This document shows positions 8,443-15,901 of a DNA stretch of 64,000 nucleotides, piece after piece. This DNA comes from an uncultured Candidatus Saccharibacteria bacterium (GTDB lineage Bacteria; Patescibacteriota; Minisyncoccia; Phycocordibacterales; DATDWN01), in contig CAYRRP010000002.1 of assembly GCA_964426735.1 (NCBI GenBank), positions 70,582-134,581 on the forward strand, in the 5' to 3' direction. The translations under genes were made by a program, and so were the position numbers. How positions within the stretch are numbered: position 1 is the first letter of the stretch; each line of letters begins with the position of its first letter. The notes beneath the pieces were generated by a model, which was not told where the DNA came from, ran no database searches, and saw only the letters and a list, made by a program, of their open reading frames with translations.

Positions 8443-9624
8443 TTAGCGTATTGTTGCTCCAAAAGTTTCCTTGGTTGCTTCTTCAAGTTTTTTGTGGAGT
8501 TCGTCTACTTCAGTATTTGTGAGTGTGCGGTCAAGTGATCGGTAGATAATACGGAATGCATAGCTTACATTACCAATGCCAAACTTCGCATCGTTTTTGT
8601 AGGTATCAACAAGCGCCATTTCTTCCATCATAGAGCCTGCAATATCTCGAGCGAGGTCAAAGAAATCATTTGGTACGAATGTGTTTGGAACGATAAAAGA
8701 AATATCACGAACAACGGGAGGGTATTTGCTTACTTCAACAAACTTCGTGCCCAGTTTGAGCTGCTTCTTTACTCGCTCGTCAGTAGACCAGAGAAGGCGA
8801 ATATCAGGAAGCTCCATGCCAATCATTGCGAGTCGCTCAAGGCCGAAACCGAAAGCCCATCCGTTGTATCCTTCAAGACCCATCTTAGTGAGTACACTTT
8901 TCTTTGGCATACCGCCTCCCATAATCTCAATCCATTGGTTGTTGATTTCTACTTCTATTTGGAGTGATGGGTCGGTGTAAGGAAATGTGTCATCGAGGAA
9001 GCGATACTTTACGTCGGCACCAAATGTACTTTGTACGATTTCAGTGAGTACTTTTTTGAGCTCATCAAGTGGCATAATACCGAGTGAGTCTGGTTGTAAG
9101 AAAAGCCCACCCATCTGGTGGAAGATATTCATGTGTCGTCGGTCAATCTCGTCTTTTCGGTATACTTTTCCATAACACATCACACCGAGAGATTTACCTT
9201 CAGAGATTTTTTGCTTTATTTCTGGAAGATTGAGGTAGTAGTACCACATCACCGTATCGTGTGTACGAAGTACATGCGTATCATTTACATAGTATGTATC
9301 AGACTTGCTTCGGGCTACATGGTCTGGAGCAAAGTCAAAGAGATCAAAAAGTATTTCAGTTGAGAGGATTTCAGGGATATCGATATGATCAAAGTTTTTA
9401 AGAATAGGAAGCGAAGTTACTCGTTCTTTGATCTCGTGCAGGGGACTACCTTCAGTTCGCGAAAGATCAGGCATAGCAAGGTATTGTCGAATACGATTGG
9501 CTTCCGCATCAGTGCGCTTTTCAAGCTCTGTCCGCAAAGCATTTTCCTCATCTCTTGAGACTATATAGTCTTTTCGTGAAAGATCTCCGTTTGTATAAGT
9601 GTTTTCCATGGGTTTAGTGTACAA
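8443..9624 (-). CDS. pheS: Phenylalanine--tRNA ligase, monomeric (mitochondrial-like) architecture: PheS catalytic core fused to FDX-ACB anticodon-binding domain
   Basis: Class-II motif 2 VYRKDEIDRRHMNIFHQMGG and motif 3 GWAFGFGLERLAMIG match PheS. The C-terminal ~95 aa (KYPPVVRDISFIV...YAFRIIYRSLDRTLTNTEVDE) matches the B8/FDX-ACB domain normally found at the PheT C-terminus. Confidence 0.75.
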   Translation of the reverse strand: MYTKPMENTYTNGDLSRKDYIVSRDEENALRTELEKRTDAEANRIRQYLAMPDLSRTEGSPLHEIKERVTSLPILKNFDHIDIPEILSTEILFDLFDFAPDHVARSKSDTYYVNDTHVLRTHDTVMWYYYLNLPEIKQKISEGKSLGVMCYGKVYRKDEIDRRHMNIFHQMGGLFLQPDSLGIMPLDELKKVLTEIVQSTFGADVKYRFLDDTFPYTDPSLQIEVEINNQWIEIMGGGMPKKSVLTKMGLEGYNGWAFGFGLERLAMIGMELPDIRLLWSTDERVKKQLKLGTKFVEVSKYPPVVRDISFIVPNTFVPNDFFDLARDIAGSMMEEMALVDTYKNDAKFGIGNVSYAFRIIYRSLDRTLTNTEVDELHKKLEEATKETFGATIR

Positions 9625-9662
9625 ATAAACCCTACTTGATGCAAGAAAGAATAATATAGAGA

Positions 9663-9682
9663 AAGCGGCCCGGAGGCCGCTT
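9663..9682. terminator. GC hairpin (GCGGCC-CGGA-GGCCGC) downstream of minus-strand ORF 9681-9989
   Basis: Perfect 8-bp stem; no long U-tract. Confidence 0.4.
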
Positions 9683-9989
9683 AATCGAAGGTGAGATCAA
9701 TTTTATCGAGAACAAGACCTTGAACCCATCTGTTGTTGGTGTTTGGATACATGAATCCAGAAAGCACTGTTACTGGAGCCTGGCTTATAGAGTGGTCTAT
9801 GAGATGTTGGACCAAATTAGATTGGTTACCCCTTTTCGCATTTTTCCTATCAGACCAAGTTATCTCAGTGTTGGTAGGTAGACTAGCTTTTATATATGAT
9901 CCTTCTTCATTCGCTTCAAAATTGAGATAAATATTATTGTCGTAGTGAAGACGACAAGATAATTCTGCTTTCTGCGAGGCTAATTTCAT
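9681..9989 (-). CDS. Hypothetical protein (102 aa)
   Basis: ORF with a GGAG Shine-Dalgarno about 7 nt upstream of the ATG. No family recognised. Confidence 0.4.
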   Translation of the reverse strand: MKLASQKAELSCRLHYDNNIYLNFEANEEGSYIKASLPTNTEITWSDRKNAKRGNQSNLVQHLIDHSISQAPVTVLSGFMYPNTNNRWVQGLVLDKIDLTFD

Positions 9990-10087
9990 AAGTTTCTCCA
10001 GGGTGATTCCATTTTTATATTACATATCGAATAATGTTTTGTCAATAAAAAAACAAATCTTTTTTGCTTCCTCTCATACTTCATTTT

Positions 10088-10096
10088 TGGTATAAT
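10088..10096 (+). promoter_or_regulatory. Extended -10 element TGgTATAAT immediately upstream of gyrB
   Basis: TGGTATAAT lies 10 nt upstream of the gyrB ATG. This implies a near-leaderless transcript. Confidence 0.4.
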
Positions 10097-10105
10097 AGTC
10101 TCACT

Positions 10106-12211
10106 ATGGCTAAAGACGATAAGGAGAAAAAACCAAAAAGAGATACGTATGGTGCGGATGCGATTCAGGTGCTTGAAGGGCTTGATCCAGTGCGAAAACG
10201 ACCAGGTATGTACATTGGTACGACAGGTCCAGATGGTTTACATCACCTAATCTCAGAAATTTTTGACAACTCTCGCGATGAAGCAATGGGTGGTCATGCA
10301 AATGATATCGAAGTGGCACTCCTTCCTGGACCTGATGGTGTGGCTCGTGTTCGAGTTACAGACAACGGTCGAGGTATTCCTGTGGATATTCACAAACAAA
10401 CAAAAGTTTCAGCTCTTGAAACGATTATGACCACTCTCCATGCGGGAGGTAAATTTGGTGGTGAAGGATATAAAGTGTCTGGAGGTCTTCACGGTGTGGG
10501 TGCCTCTGTGGTAAACGCTCTCTCTGTATTTTGTCGTGTAGTAGTACACAAAGAAGGTGCAATGTGGATGCAGGAGTACTCTCAAGGTAAGAAAAAGGCG
10601 GATGTAAAGAAAATCGGTAAAACCGATGAGAAAGGTACCGTAGTAACCTTTGAACCAGATAAAACTATTTTCCCGATTACAGACTTTGACTTCAATCGAG
10701 TGGTAAACCATCTCCGTCAGCAGGCATACCTCGTAAAAGGTTTGCGTATTTCTGTGATTGATGCACGTGAGTACAATGGAAAGATAGATGATGAAAAGGT
10801 GTTTCGTATCAGGGACTTGGGACTCGATGTGCCTTCAATGAGTTTTTATTTCGAAGGTGGACTCTTGTCTTTGGTTAAATTCTACAACTCAACAGAAAAA
10901 CCAATTCATAAAAATGTTTTCTATATTGAAAAAAATACAAACGAATATGAGTCAGTAGAGGTGGCACTCCAGTACATCGATGATATTTCTGCGCGTATCA
11001 TGCCGTTTGCAAACAATATCTATAACCCAGAAGGAGGTACACATATTACCGGGTTTAAGACAGCACTCACACGATCTCTCAATACCTATGCTCGAAAGAA
11101 TAATTTAATCAAGGAAAGTGAAGATAACTTCACAGGAGATGATGTGCTTGAAGGTGTCACTGCGGTAGTGTCTGTAAAGCTCCGAGAAATTCAGTTTGAA
11201 GGTCAGACTAAAGCAAAGCTTGGGTCAGTAGAAGCACAAGGAGCAGTAAACACTGTATTCTCTGAAGGATTTGCAGAATTTTTGGAAGAAAATCCAGATG
11301 ATGCGCGAGCAATCATCAACAAAGTAGTGCTTGCACTCAAAGCGCGAAAAGCAGCAAAGGCAGCAAAAGACTCAGTGCTTCGAAAAGGTGTGCTTGAAGG
11401 TATGGCGCTTCCAGGAAAGCTTGCAGATTGTCAGGCAAAGGAAGCTTCGGATTCAGAACTTTTTATTGTAGAGGGAGACTCTGCGGGAGGTACAGCAAAG
11501 ACAGGACGAGACCGACGTACACAAGCAATCCTTCCACTTCGAGGAAAGATCCTCAACATTGAGCGTGCACGTCTCGATCGTATGCTTGGTTCTGAACAGA
11601 TCAAAAACCTTGTACTCGCACTCGGTACAGCTATTGGAGATACGTTTGATATTTCAAAACTTCGATATCACAAGATCATTATCGCAACGGATGCGGACGT
11701 CGACGGTGCACACATCAGAACACTTATTCTGACACTTATGTACCGATTCTTCCGACCGCTTATTGATGGAGGATTTATCTATATTGCTCAACCACCGCTT
11801 TATAAAATCAAAATTGGGAAAGCTATTCACTATGCGTATTCAGATGATGAAAAACGAGCAATTGTTGGTGATGTGGATGTGCCAGAAGTAGAAGCAATAG
11901 AAGGAGGGGATGAAGTAGAAGAGGAGGAAACAGAGGATACTGAAGAAGAAAATACAAAAGGTAAGAAAGGAAAAGGAGAGGTTGCAAAGACTCAAAAAAT
12001 ATCAATTCAGCGATATAAAGGTCTTGGAGAAATGAACTCAGATGAGCTCTGGGAGACTACTATGGACCCTGCTCGACGAGTACTCAAACAAGTAACGATC
12101 GAGGATACTCGAGAAGCAGATAAAGTATTTGATATTTTGATGGGCTCTGATGTACCATCTCGAAAGTCATTTATTCAGACGAATGCAAAAGCAGCAACGA
12201 TTGATATATAA
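10106..12211 (+). CDS. gyrB: DNA gyrase subunit B
   Basis: GHKL ATPase motifs (EIFDNSRDEA, LHAGGKFGG). Toprim motifs (EGDSAGG, PLRGKILN, ATDADVDGAHI). C-terminal acidic insert. Start moved to the internal ATG (MAKDD...) rather than the upstream in-frame ORF extension. Confidence 0.9.
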   Translation: MAKDDKEKKPKRDTYGADAIQVLEGLDPVRKRPGMYIGTTGPDGLHHLISEIFDNSRDEAMGGHANDIEVALLPGPDGVARVRVTDNGRGIPVDIHKQTKVSALETIMTTLHAGGKFGGEGYKVSGGLHGVGASVVNALSVFCRVVVHKEGAMWMQEYSQGKKKADVKKIGKTDEKGTVVTFEPDKTIFPITDFDFNRVVNHLRQQAYLVKGLRISVIDAREYNGKIDDEKVFRIRDLGLDVPSMSFYFEGGLLSLVKFYNSTEKPIHKNVFYIEKNTNEYESVEVALQYIDDISARIMPFANNIYNPEGGTHITGFKTALTRSLNTYARKNNLIKESEDNFTGDDVLEGVTAVVSVKLREIQFEGQTKAKLGSVEAQGAVNTVFSEGFAEFLEENPDDARAIINKVVLALKARKAAKAAKDSVLRKGVLEGMALPGKLADCQAKEASDSELFIVEGDSAGGTAKTGRDRRTQAILPLRGKILNIERARLDRMLGSEQIKNLVLALGTAIGDTFDISKLRYHKIIIATDADVDGAHIRTLILTLMYRFFRPLIDGGFIYIAQPPLYKIKIGKAIHYAYSDDEKRAIVGDVDVPEVEAIEGGDEVEEEETEDTEEENTKGKKGKGEVAKTQKISIQRYKGLGEMNSDELWETTMDPARRVLKQVTIEDTREADKVFDILMGSDVPSRKSFIQTNAKAATIDI

Positions 12212-12250
12212 CAGTAGACAGTTAATAGTCACAAGTTAATAGTAGAAATA

Positions 12251-12276
12251 AAAAAACCGGCTGTGCCGGTTTTTTC
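12251..12276. terminator. Bidirectional intrinsic terminator between gyrB and the pspC-like gene
   Basis: Sequence AAAAAACCGG-CTGTG-CCGGTTTTTT. Confidence 0.8.
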
Positions 12277-12280
12277 TATG

Positions 12281-12613
12281 TTAGATTGTTGGGTTAGATT
12301 CTTCTGTTTTTGGTACTTCGGGAGTAGTCGCTGTGGTTGCTTCTGGAGCTCTTGGTACTACTGGTTCAGGGGTGGGTGTCTCAGAGGTTTTCATCGGAGG
12401 AGGGGTCACCATGGTTGATATTTGATGTGGAGTTTCAGGAATAATGAAGTATGCAATGATGTAAGCGATAACTCCTGGGAAAATACCAGTTATAAGCACA
12501 AGCACAACAAATGCAATACGGAGAATAGTTGGATCAACGTCAAAATATTCTCCCATCCCACCGATTATTCCAGTAAGAATCTGATCTCGTTCACTTTTAT
12601 ATAGTTTTTTCAT
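12281..12613 (-). CDS. PspC-domain membrane protein
   Basis: Motif ERDQILTGIIGGMGEYFDVDPTILRIAFVVLVL matches the PspC domain. Start trimmed to the internal Met (MKKLYKSERD) to avoid a 65-nt overlap with thrS. Confidence 0.6.
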   Translation of the reverse strand: MKKLYKSERDQILTGIIGGMGEYFDVDPTILRIAFVVLVLITGIFPGVIAYIIAYFIIPETPHQISTMVTPPPMKTSETPTPEPVVPRAPEATTATTPEVPKTEESNPTI

Positions 12614-12623
12614 GGCCTTTATA

Positions 12624-14378
12624 TTATGCTCTTTTTTTAATTTCTTCAACAAGGTTTGCAACAAATTCTTCTGCACTTTGTGCGCCAATCTGACCCTTAT
12701 CTCGATGCTCCACAGTCACGTTCTGACTTTCAATTTCTTTATCACCAAGTACAATCCAATACGGAATCTTTTCATTCTTTGCTTCGCGTACTTTCTTGCC
12801 GAGATTTAAGTCTCGGTCGTCAAAGTCAGAACGAATACCTGCCTCTACCAAAAGCTCATGCACTTTTTTTGCATAGTCATTGTGAGTATCTCGCACAGGA
12901 ATCACTTTCACTTGCACTGGCGCAAGCCAGAGAGGGAAGTTGCCGGCATAGTGTTCGATCAAGATTCCCATGAATCTTTCAAACGATCCAAAGATTGCTA
13001 CGTGAAGAACAACGACTTTATGTTTTTGACCGTCCTCACCAGTATAATTCATATCAAAGTTTTCTGGTTGGTTGAAGTCGAGCTGAATTGTGGTTAATTG
13101 CCATGTTCGGCCAATTGAGTCTTTAACTCGAATGTCGATTTTTGGACCGTAAAATGCTGCCTCACCTTCTTCAACACTGTATTCAACACCCCATTTTTTC
13201 ACTGCGTCGATCAAGATTGATTCAGCTCTTTCCCATACCTCATCTGCCCCAAAGTACGCCTCTTTGTTTTTAAGGTCTCGCACCGATATTTCAACTTTGT
13301 AGTCATTAAATCCAAAAAGACCGTACACTTTTTGCATAAGTCCAAAAATCATTTCAATTTCTGATTTGATCTGGTCAGGTCGGATAAAATGATGAGTGTC
13401 ATCTTGTGTTAGGTTCTTCACCCGCAGAAGACCAGAAAGCTCACCACTCTTTTCATTGCGATATACGGTTGTATTTTCAGCAATTCGAAGTGGAAGACTT
13501 CTGTAACTATGTTGTTCTGCGTTATATATTTCAAAATGATGAGGACAATTCATCGCTTTCATTACAAACTCATCACCATTTTCATCGGTCATGGTTGGCA
13601 TCATTGCGTCATATTTACCCATATGTCCGCTTCTCATGTAGAGTTCCTTTCGAGCGATATGGGGAATTGTAACAAAAGAATACCCAAGTTTTTCTTTTTC
13701 AGAGCGGATAAAGTTTTCAAGCTGTGTACGGATAATATTTCCTTTTGGCAGGTACATGGGCAGTCCTTTACCAACAAGTTCTGATACAGTAAACAGACCC
13801 ATCTCTTTTCCTATTTTCTTATGGTCCCGTTTCTCAGCTTCTTCTTTTTGGGTTACATATTTTTCTAAATCTTCTTTTGTCTCAAAAGCCAATCCATAAA
13901 TACGAGTAAGCATAATGTTTTTCTCATCTCCTTTCCAGTATGCACCAGCAAGGCGCTCCAACTTAAAGCTGTCTAGGGTCACCTTAGACATATCGTCGAC
14001 GTGTCCACCACGACAAAGATCGGTGAATTCAAAATGTCCTTCACCTGAAGTGTAAAGGGTGATCTTTTCTCCTTTTTCTATGATTCCAGAAATAAGCTCC
14101 AGTTTGTATGGATTTGTTGCAAACATTTTTTTTGCTTCACTTTCCGACACTTCTGTGCCAGTAAATCCTTTCCAGTGGGGAAGGATTTTTTTCATTTCTT
14201 TCTCAATCTTCTTCAAATCCTCTTCTTTAATAGGAGTTTTAAATTCAAAGTCGTAGTAAAAGCCGGTGTCAGTAGCTGGGCCGATAGTCGGTAAGGTATC
14301 AGGGTACAAATTTAAAACTGCTCTAGCGAGTAAATGGGCGAGTGAGTGTCGCTGGTTTTGTAATTTTTCAGTTTCCAT
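12624..14378 (-). CDS. thrS: Threonine--tRNA ligase (short form lacking N-terminal TGS domain)
   Basis: Editing-domain motif HSLAHLLARAV...GPATDTGFYYDF. Catalytic RDHKKIGKEMGLF motif and class-II motifs. Anticodon-binding C-terminus. Confidence 0.9.
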   Translation of the reverse strand: METEKLQNQRHSLAHLLARAVLNLYPDTLPTIGPATDTGFYYDFEFKTPIKEEDLKKIEKEMKKILPHWKGFTGTEVSESEAKKMFATNPYKLELISGIIEKGEKITLYTSGEGHFEFTDLCRGGHVDDMSKVTLDSFKLERLAGAYWKGDEKNIMLTRIYGLAFETKEDLEKYVTQKEEAEKRDHKKIGKEMGLFTVSELVGKGLPMYLPKGNIIRTQLENFIRSEKEKLGYSFVTIPHIARKELYMRSGHMGKYDAMMPTMTDENGDEFVMKAMNCPHHFEIYNAEQHSYRSLPLRIAENTTVYRNEKSGELSGLLRVKNLTQDDTHHFIRPDQIKSEIEMIFGLMQKVYGLFGFNDYKVEISVRDLKNKEAYFGADEVWERAESILIDAVKKWGVEYSVEEGEAAFYGPKIDIRVKDSIGRTWQLTTIQLDFNQPENFDMNYTGEDGQKHKVVVLHVAIFGSFERFMGILIEHYAGNFPLWLAPVQVKVIPVRDTHNDYAKKVHELLVEAGIRSDFDDRDLNLGKKVREAKNEKIPYWIVLGDKEIESQNVTVEHRDKGQIGAQSAEEFVANLVEEIKKRA

Positions 14379-14447
14379 ATGAGTATAGTACCACTAGAGG
14401 CTCCCCAAAGCCACTTTTTTGATTTATAAAAAGTTTCTTAAAAATGC

Positions 14448-14476
14448 TTGACAAAAATATATGATATGCTAATATA
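14448..14476 (+). promoter_or_regulatory. Sigma70-type promoter TTGACA-16-TAATAT driving an orphan short transcript
   Basis: Consensus -35 and near-consensus -10 with optimal spacing. No CDS lies downstream. Confidence 0.55.
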
Positions 14477-14482
14477 TATGTC

Positions 14483-14695
14483 AGATCTGTGCGGAATTGC
14501 AAGCTTTCTTGTGCCAAGCAAGAAAGTCAAGGCGAAACTGCACTGTGGGGGGTGATATTGGGATTAAGTTCCCGCGCTCCCCCCACTCGAATTTTTTTCG
14601 TTTAGAAGAGAGGTCGTCAATTGAATGTGACAACACGACTTCTCCCTCCGAACCTATAAACCCCCAGGTGTATGTACACCTGGGGTATTTTTTTA
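14483..14695 (+). ncRNA. Candidate small non-coding RNA (~210 nt), promoter-to-terminator unit
   Basis: Bounded upstream by the TTGACA-16-TAATAT promoter. Bounded downstream by intrinsic terminator CCCCAGGTGT-ATGT-ACACCTGGGG plus a T8 run (14660-14695). Internal hairpins: CTTTCTTG/CAAGAAAG and GTGGGGGG/CCCCCCAC. No ORF with an RBS. Confidence 0.4.
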
Positions 14696-14722
14696 GTTAT
14701 CAACAGGTCTGCATTTATAGAG

Positions 14723-14751
14723 TTGACACAGAAAGTAGAGGGTGTATTATA
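14723..14751 (+). promoter_or_regulatory. Second sigma70-type promoter TTGACA-16-TATTAT
   Basis: Consensus -35 and good -10. Followed by a hairpin-rich, ORF-poor segment. Confidence 0.5.
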
Positions 14752-14757
14752 TAAGTG

Positions 14758-15000
14758 TCGGTTGAGTGGTCGGTGGTGTTTGGGAGGTCGAGACGCTCGC
14801 GTTTCCCTCCCAAATACTTACCGGACACACTTCCAACATTGTCCTTTCGTTGAGCAAAGCTCAACACCCCCGATCCGAAGCTTTGCTTCTGATCACCCTG
14901 TTCTTTCCGAAGATTTGTTTACAAATCTTCACCCGTTTCCCGACTCATCTTGAGTCACACCGCCTTCCTGAGCTTTTGCTCCGGAGGTTTTTTGTTTTTA
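14758..15000 (+). ncRNA. Candidate structured RNA or long structured 5' leader (serial perfect hairpins)
   Basis: Hairpins include TTTGGGAGG/CCTCCCAAA (9 bp), TTGAGC/GCTCAA, GAAGC/GCTTC and GAAGATTTG/CAAATCTTC (9 bp). Ends in a weak hairpin plus T-run near 14975-15000. No convincing ORF. Confidence 0.3.
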
Positions 15001-15249
15001 TAACTTGCTCTTTTTTATAGTAGGTGTATCATTTATCTGTAGCGCAGTTTGGCTACCGCGGAGGGGAGTGAGTAAGCTGTATCAGTATTCCACCCTCTGC
15101 ATCATGTTCCTTCTTTTTGTTTTGCCAGCTGGGAGCAGTACTCGATTTTTTCAGAGGCCGCTTCCACTACATCTCCTCGTATATTGTTACGAAGGAGTTT
15201 TTTTATTGCTTTTTTAAAAAAATATTGTTAGGTTATTCCCAGAAAGGAA

Positions 15250-15606
15250 GTGAAAGTGGCAACAACTTTAACTTATCGCCAAGTAGGCGATGTGACAGTG
15301 GTGGATGTTACAGGAAAGATTATCCTCGGCGAAGGTTCAATGATGCTTCGCGATGGGATCAGGGAACTTATTCGTAGAGGTGAGAAAAAGATTATCCTCA
15401 ATTTCTGTGAGGTTACCTATATCGACAACTCTGGTCTGGGTGAGTTGGTATCTGGTTTTACCAGTGTCTCGAATGCGGGAGGAACTCTCAAACTTCTGAA
15501 CCTTACCAAGCGTGTCCAGGATCTTTTGCAGATAACCAAACTGTACACAATTTTTGAAGTTTTTGATGACGAGGAAACAGCTCTCATCAGCTTCAATCGG
15601 CAATAA
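15250..15606 (+). CDS. Anti-sigma factor antagonist (STAS domain, SpoIIAA-like)
   Basis: GTG start with an AGGAAG RBS. Motif CEVTYIDNSGLGELVSGF and overall STAS pattern. Confidence 0.75.
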   Translation: MKVATTLTYRQVGDVTVVDVTGKIILGEGSMMLRDGIRELIRRGEKKIILNFCEVTYIDNSGLGELVSGFTSVSNAGGTLKLLNLTKRVQDLLQITKLYTIFEVFDDEETALISFNRQ

Positions 15607-15619
15607 CGAATCTCAACCA

Positions 15620-15646
15620 AAAAGCTCGGGGTAACCCGAGCTTTTC
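15620..15646. terminator. Intrinsic terminator AAAAGCTCGGG-GTAA-CCCGAGCTTTT
   Basis: Perfect 11-bp stem flanked by A/T runs. Lies after the STAS gene. Confidence 0.8.
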
Positions 15647-15720
15647 GCGTATTTGTATTTTACAGTAAACGAGAATTGTAATTTAAAACAACATTACGCA
15701 GCATCATTTCACCACCTTTT

Positions 15721-15901
15721 ACTTCTAGAATAATTTTCAAAAGCATTCGCAGACTTTTGTTAGAGATGCCAGCACTTTCTGCTAGACCGTGAGCACCAAG
15801 TCCTGTACTCAGGACCGAAGCGAAGCGAGTTTGCGGAAGGTCAAAGAAAGTGCGCGACATCTCTCAAAAGGCGAGGACGATTTTTAAAATTATTCTAGAA
15901 G
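15721..15901. repeat. Perfect 17-bp inverted repeats (ACTTCTAGAATAATTTT) flanking a 147-bp spacer between the STAS gene and dnaE 3' end
   Basis: Plus-strand copy at 15721-15737 and reverse-complement copy at 15885-15901. The core TTCTAGAA is palindromic. A third 13/15 copy is at 22443-22457. Confidence 0.6.

Noticed and set aside
12614-12688. Longer start for the PspC-domain ORF overlapping thrS 3' end by 65 nt
   Set aside because: Internal Met MKKLYKSERD gives a non-overlapping gene that begins right at the conserved PspC domain.
15030-15080. tRNA-like D-arm sequence GTAGCGCAGTTTGGCTACCGCG
   Set aside because: No anticodon arm, T-arm (GTTCGAATC-like) or acceptor pairing is found around it, so it is not a tRNA.
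15660-15860. 66-aa minus-strand ORF between the STAS gene and dnaE
   Set aside because: No RBS is present. It lies inside the 147-bp unit bounded by the 17-bp inverted repeats and is more likely non-coding.
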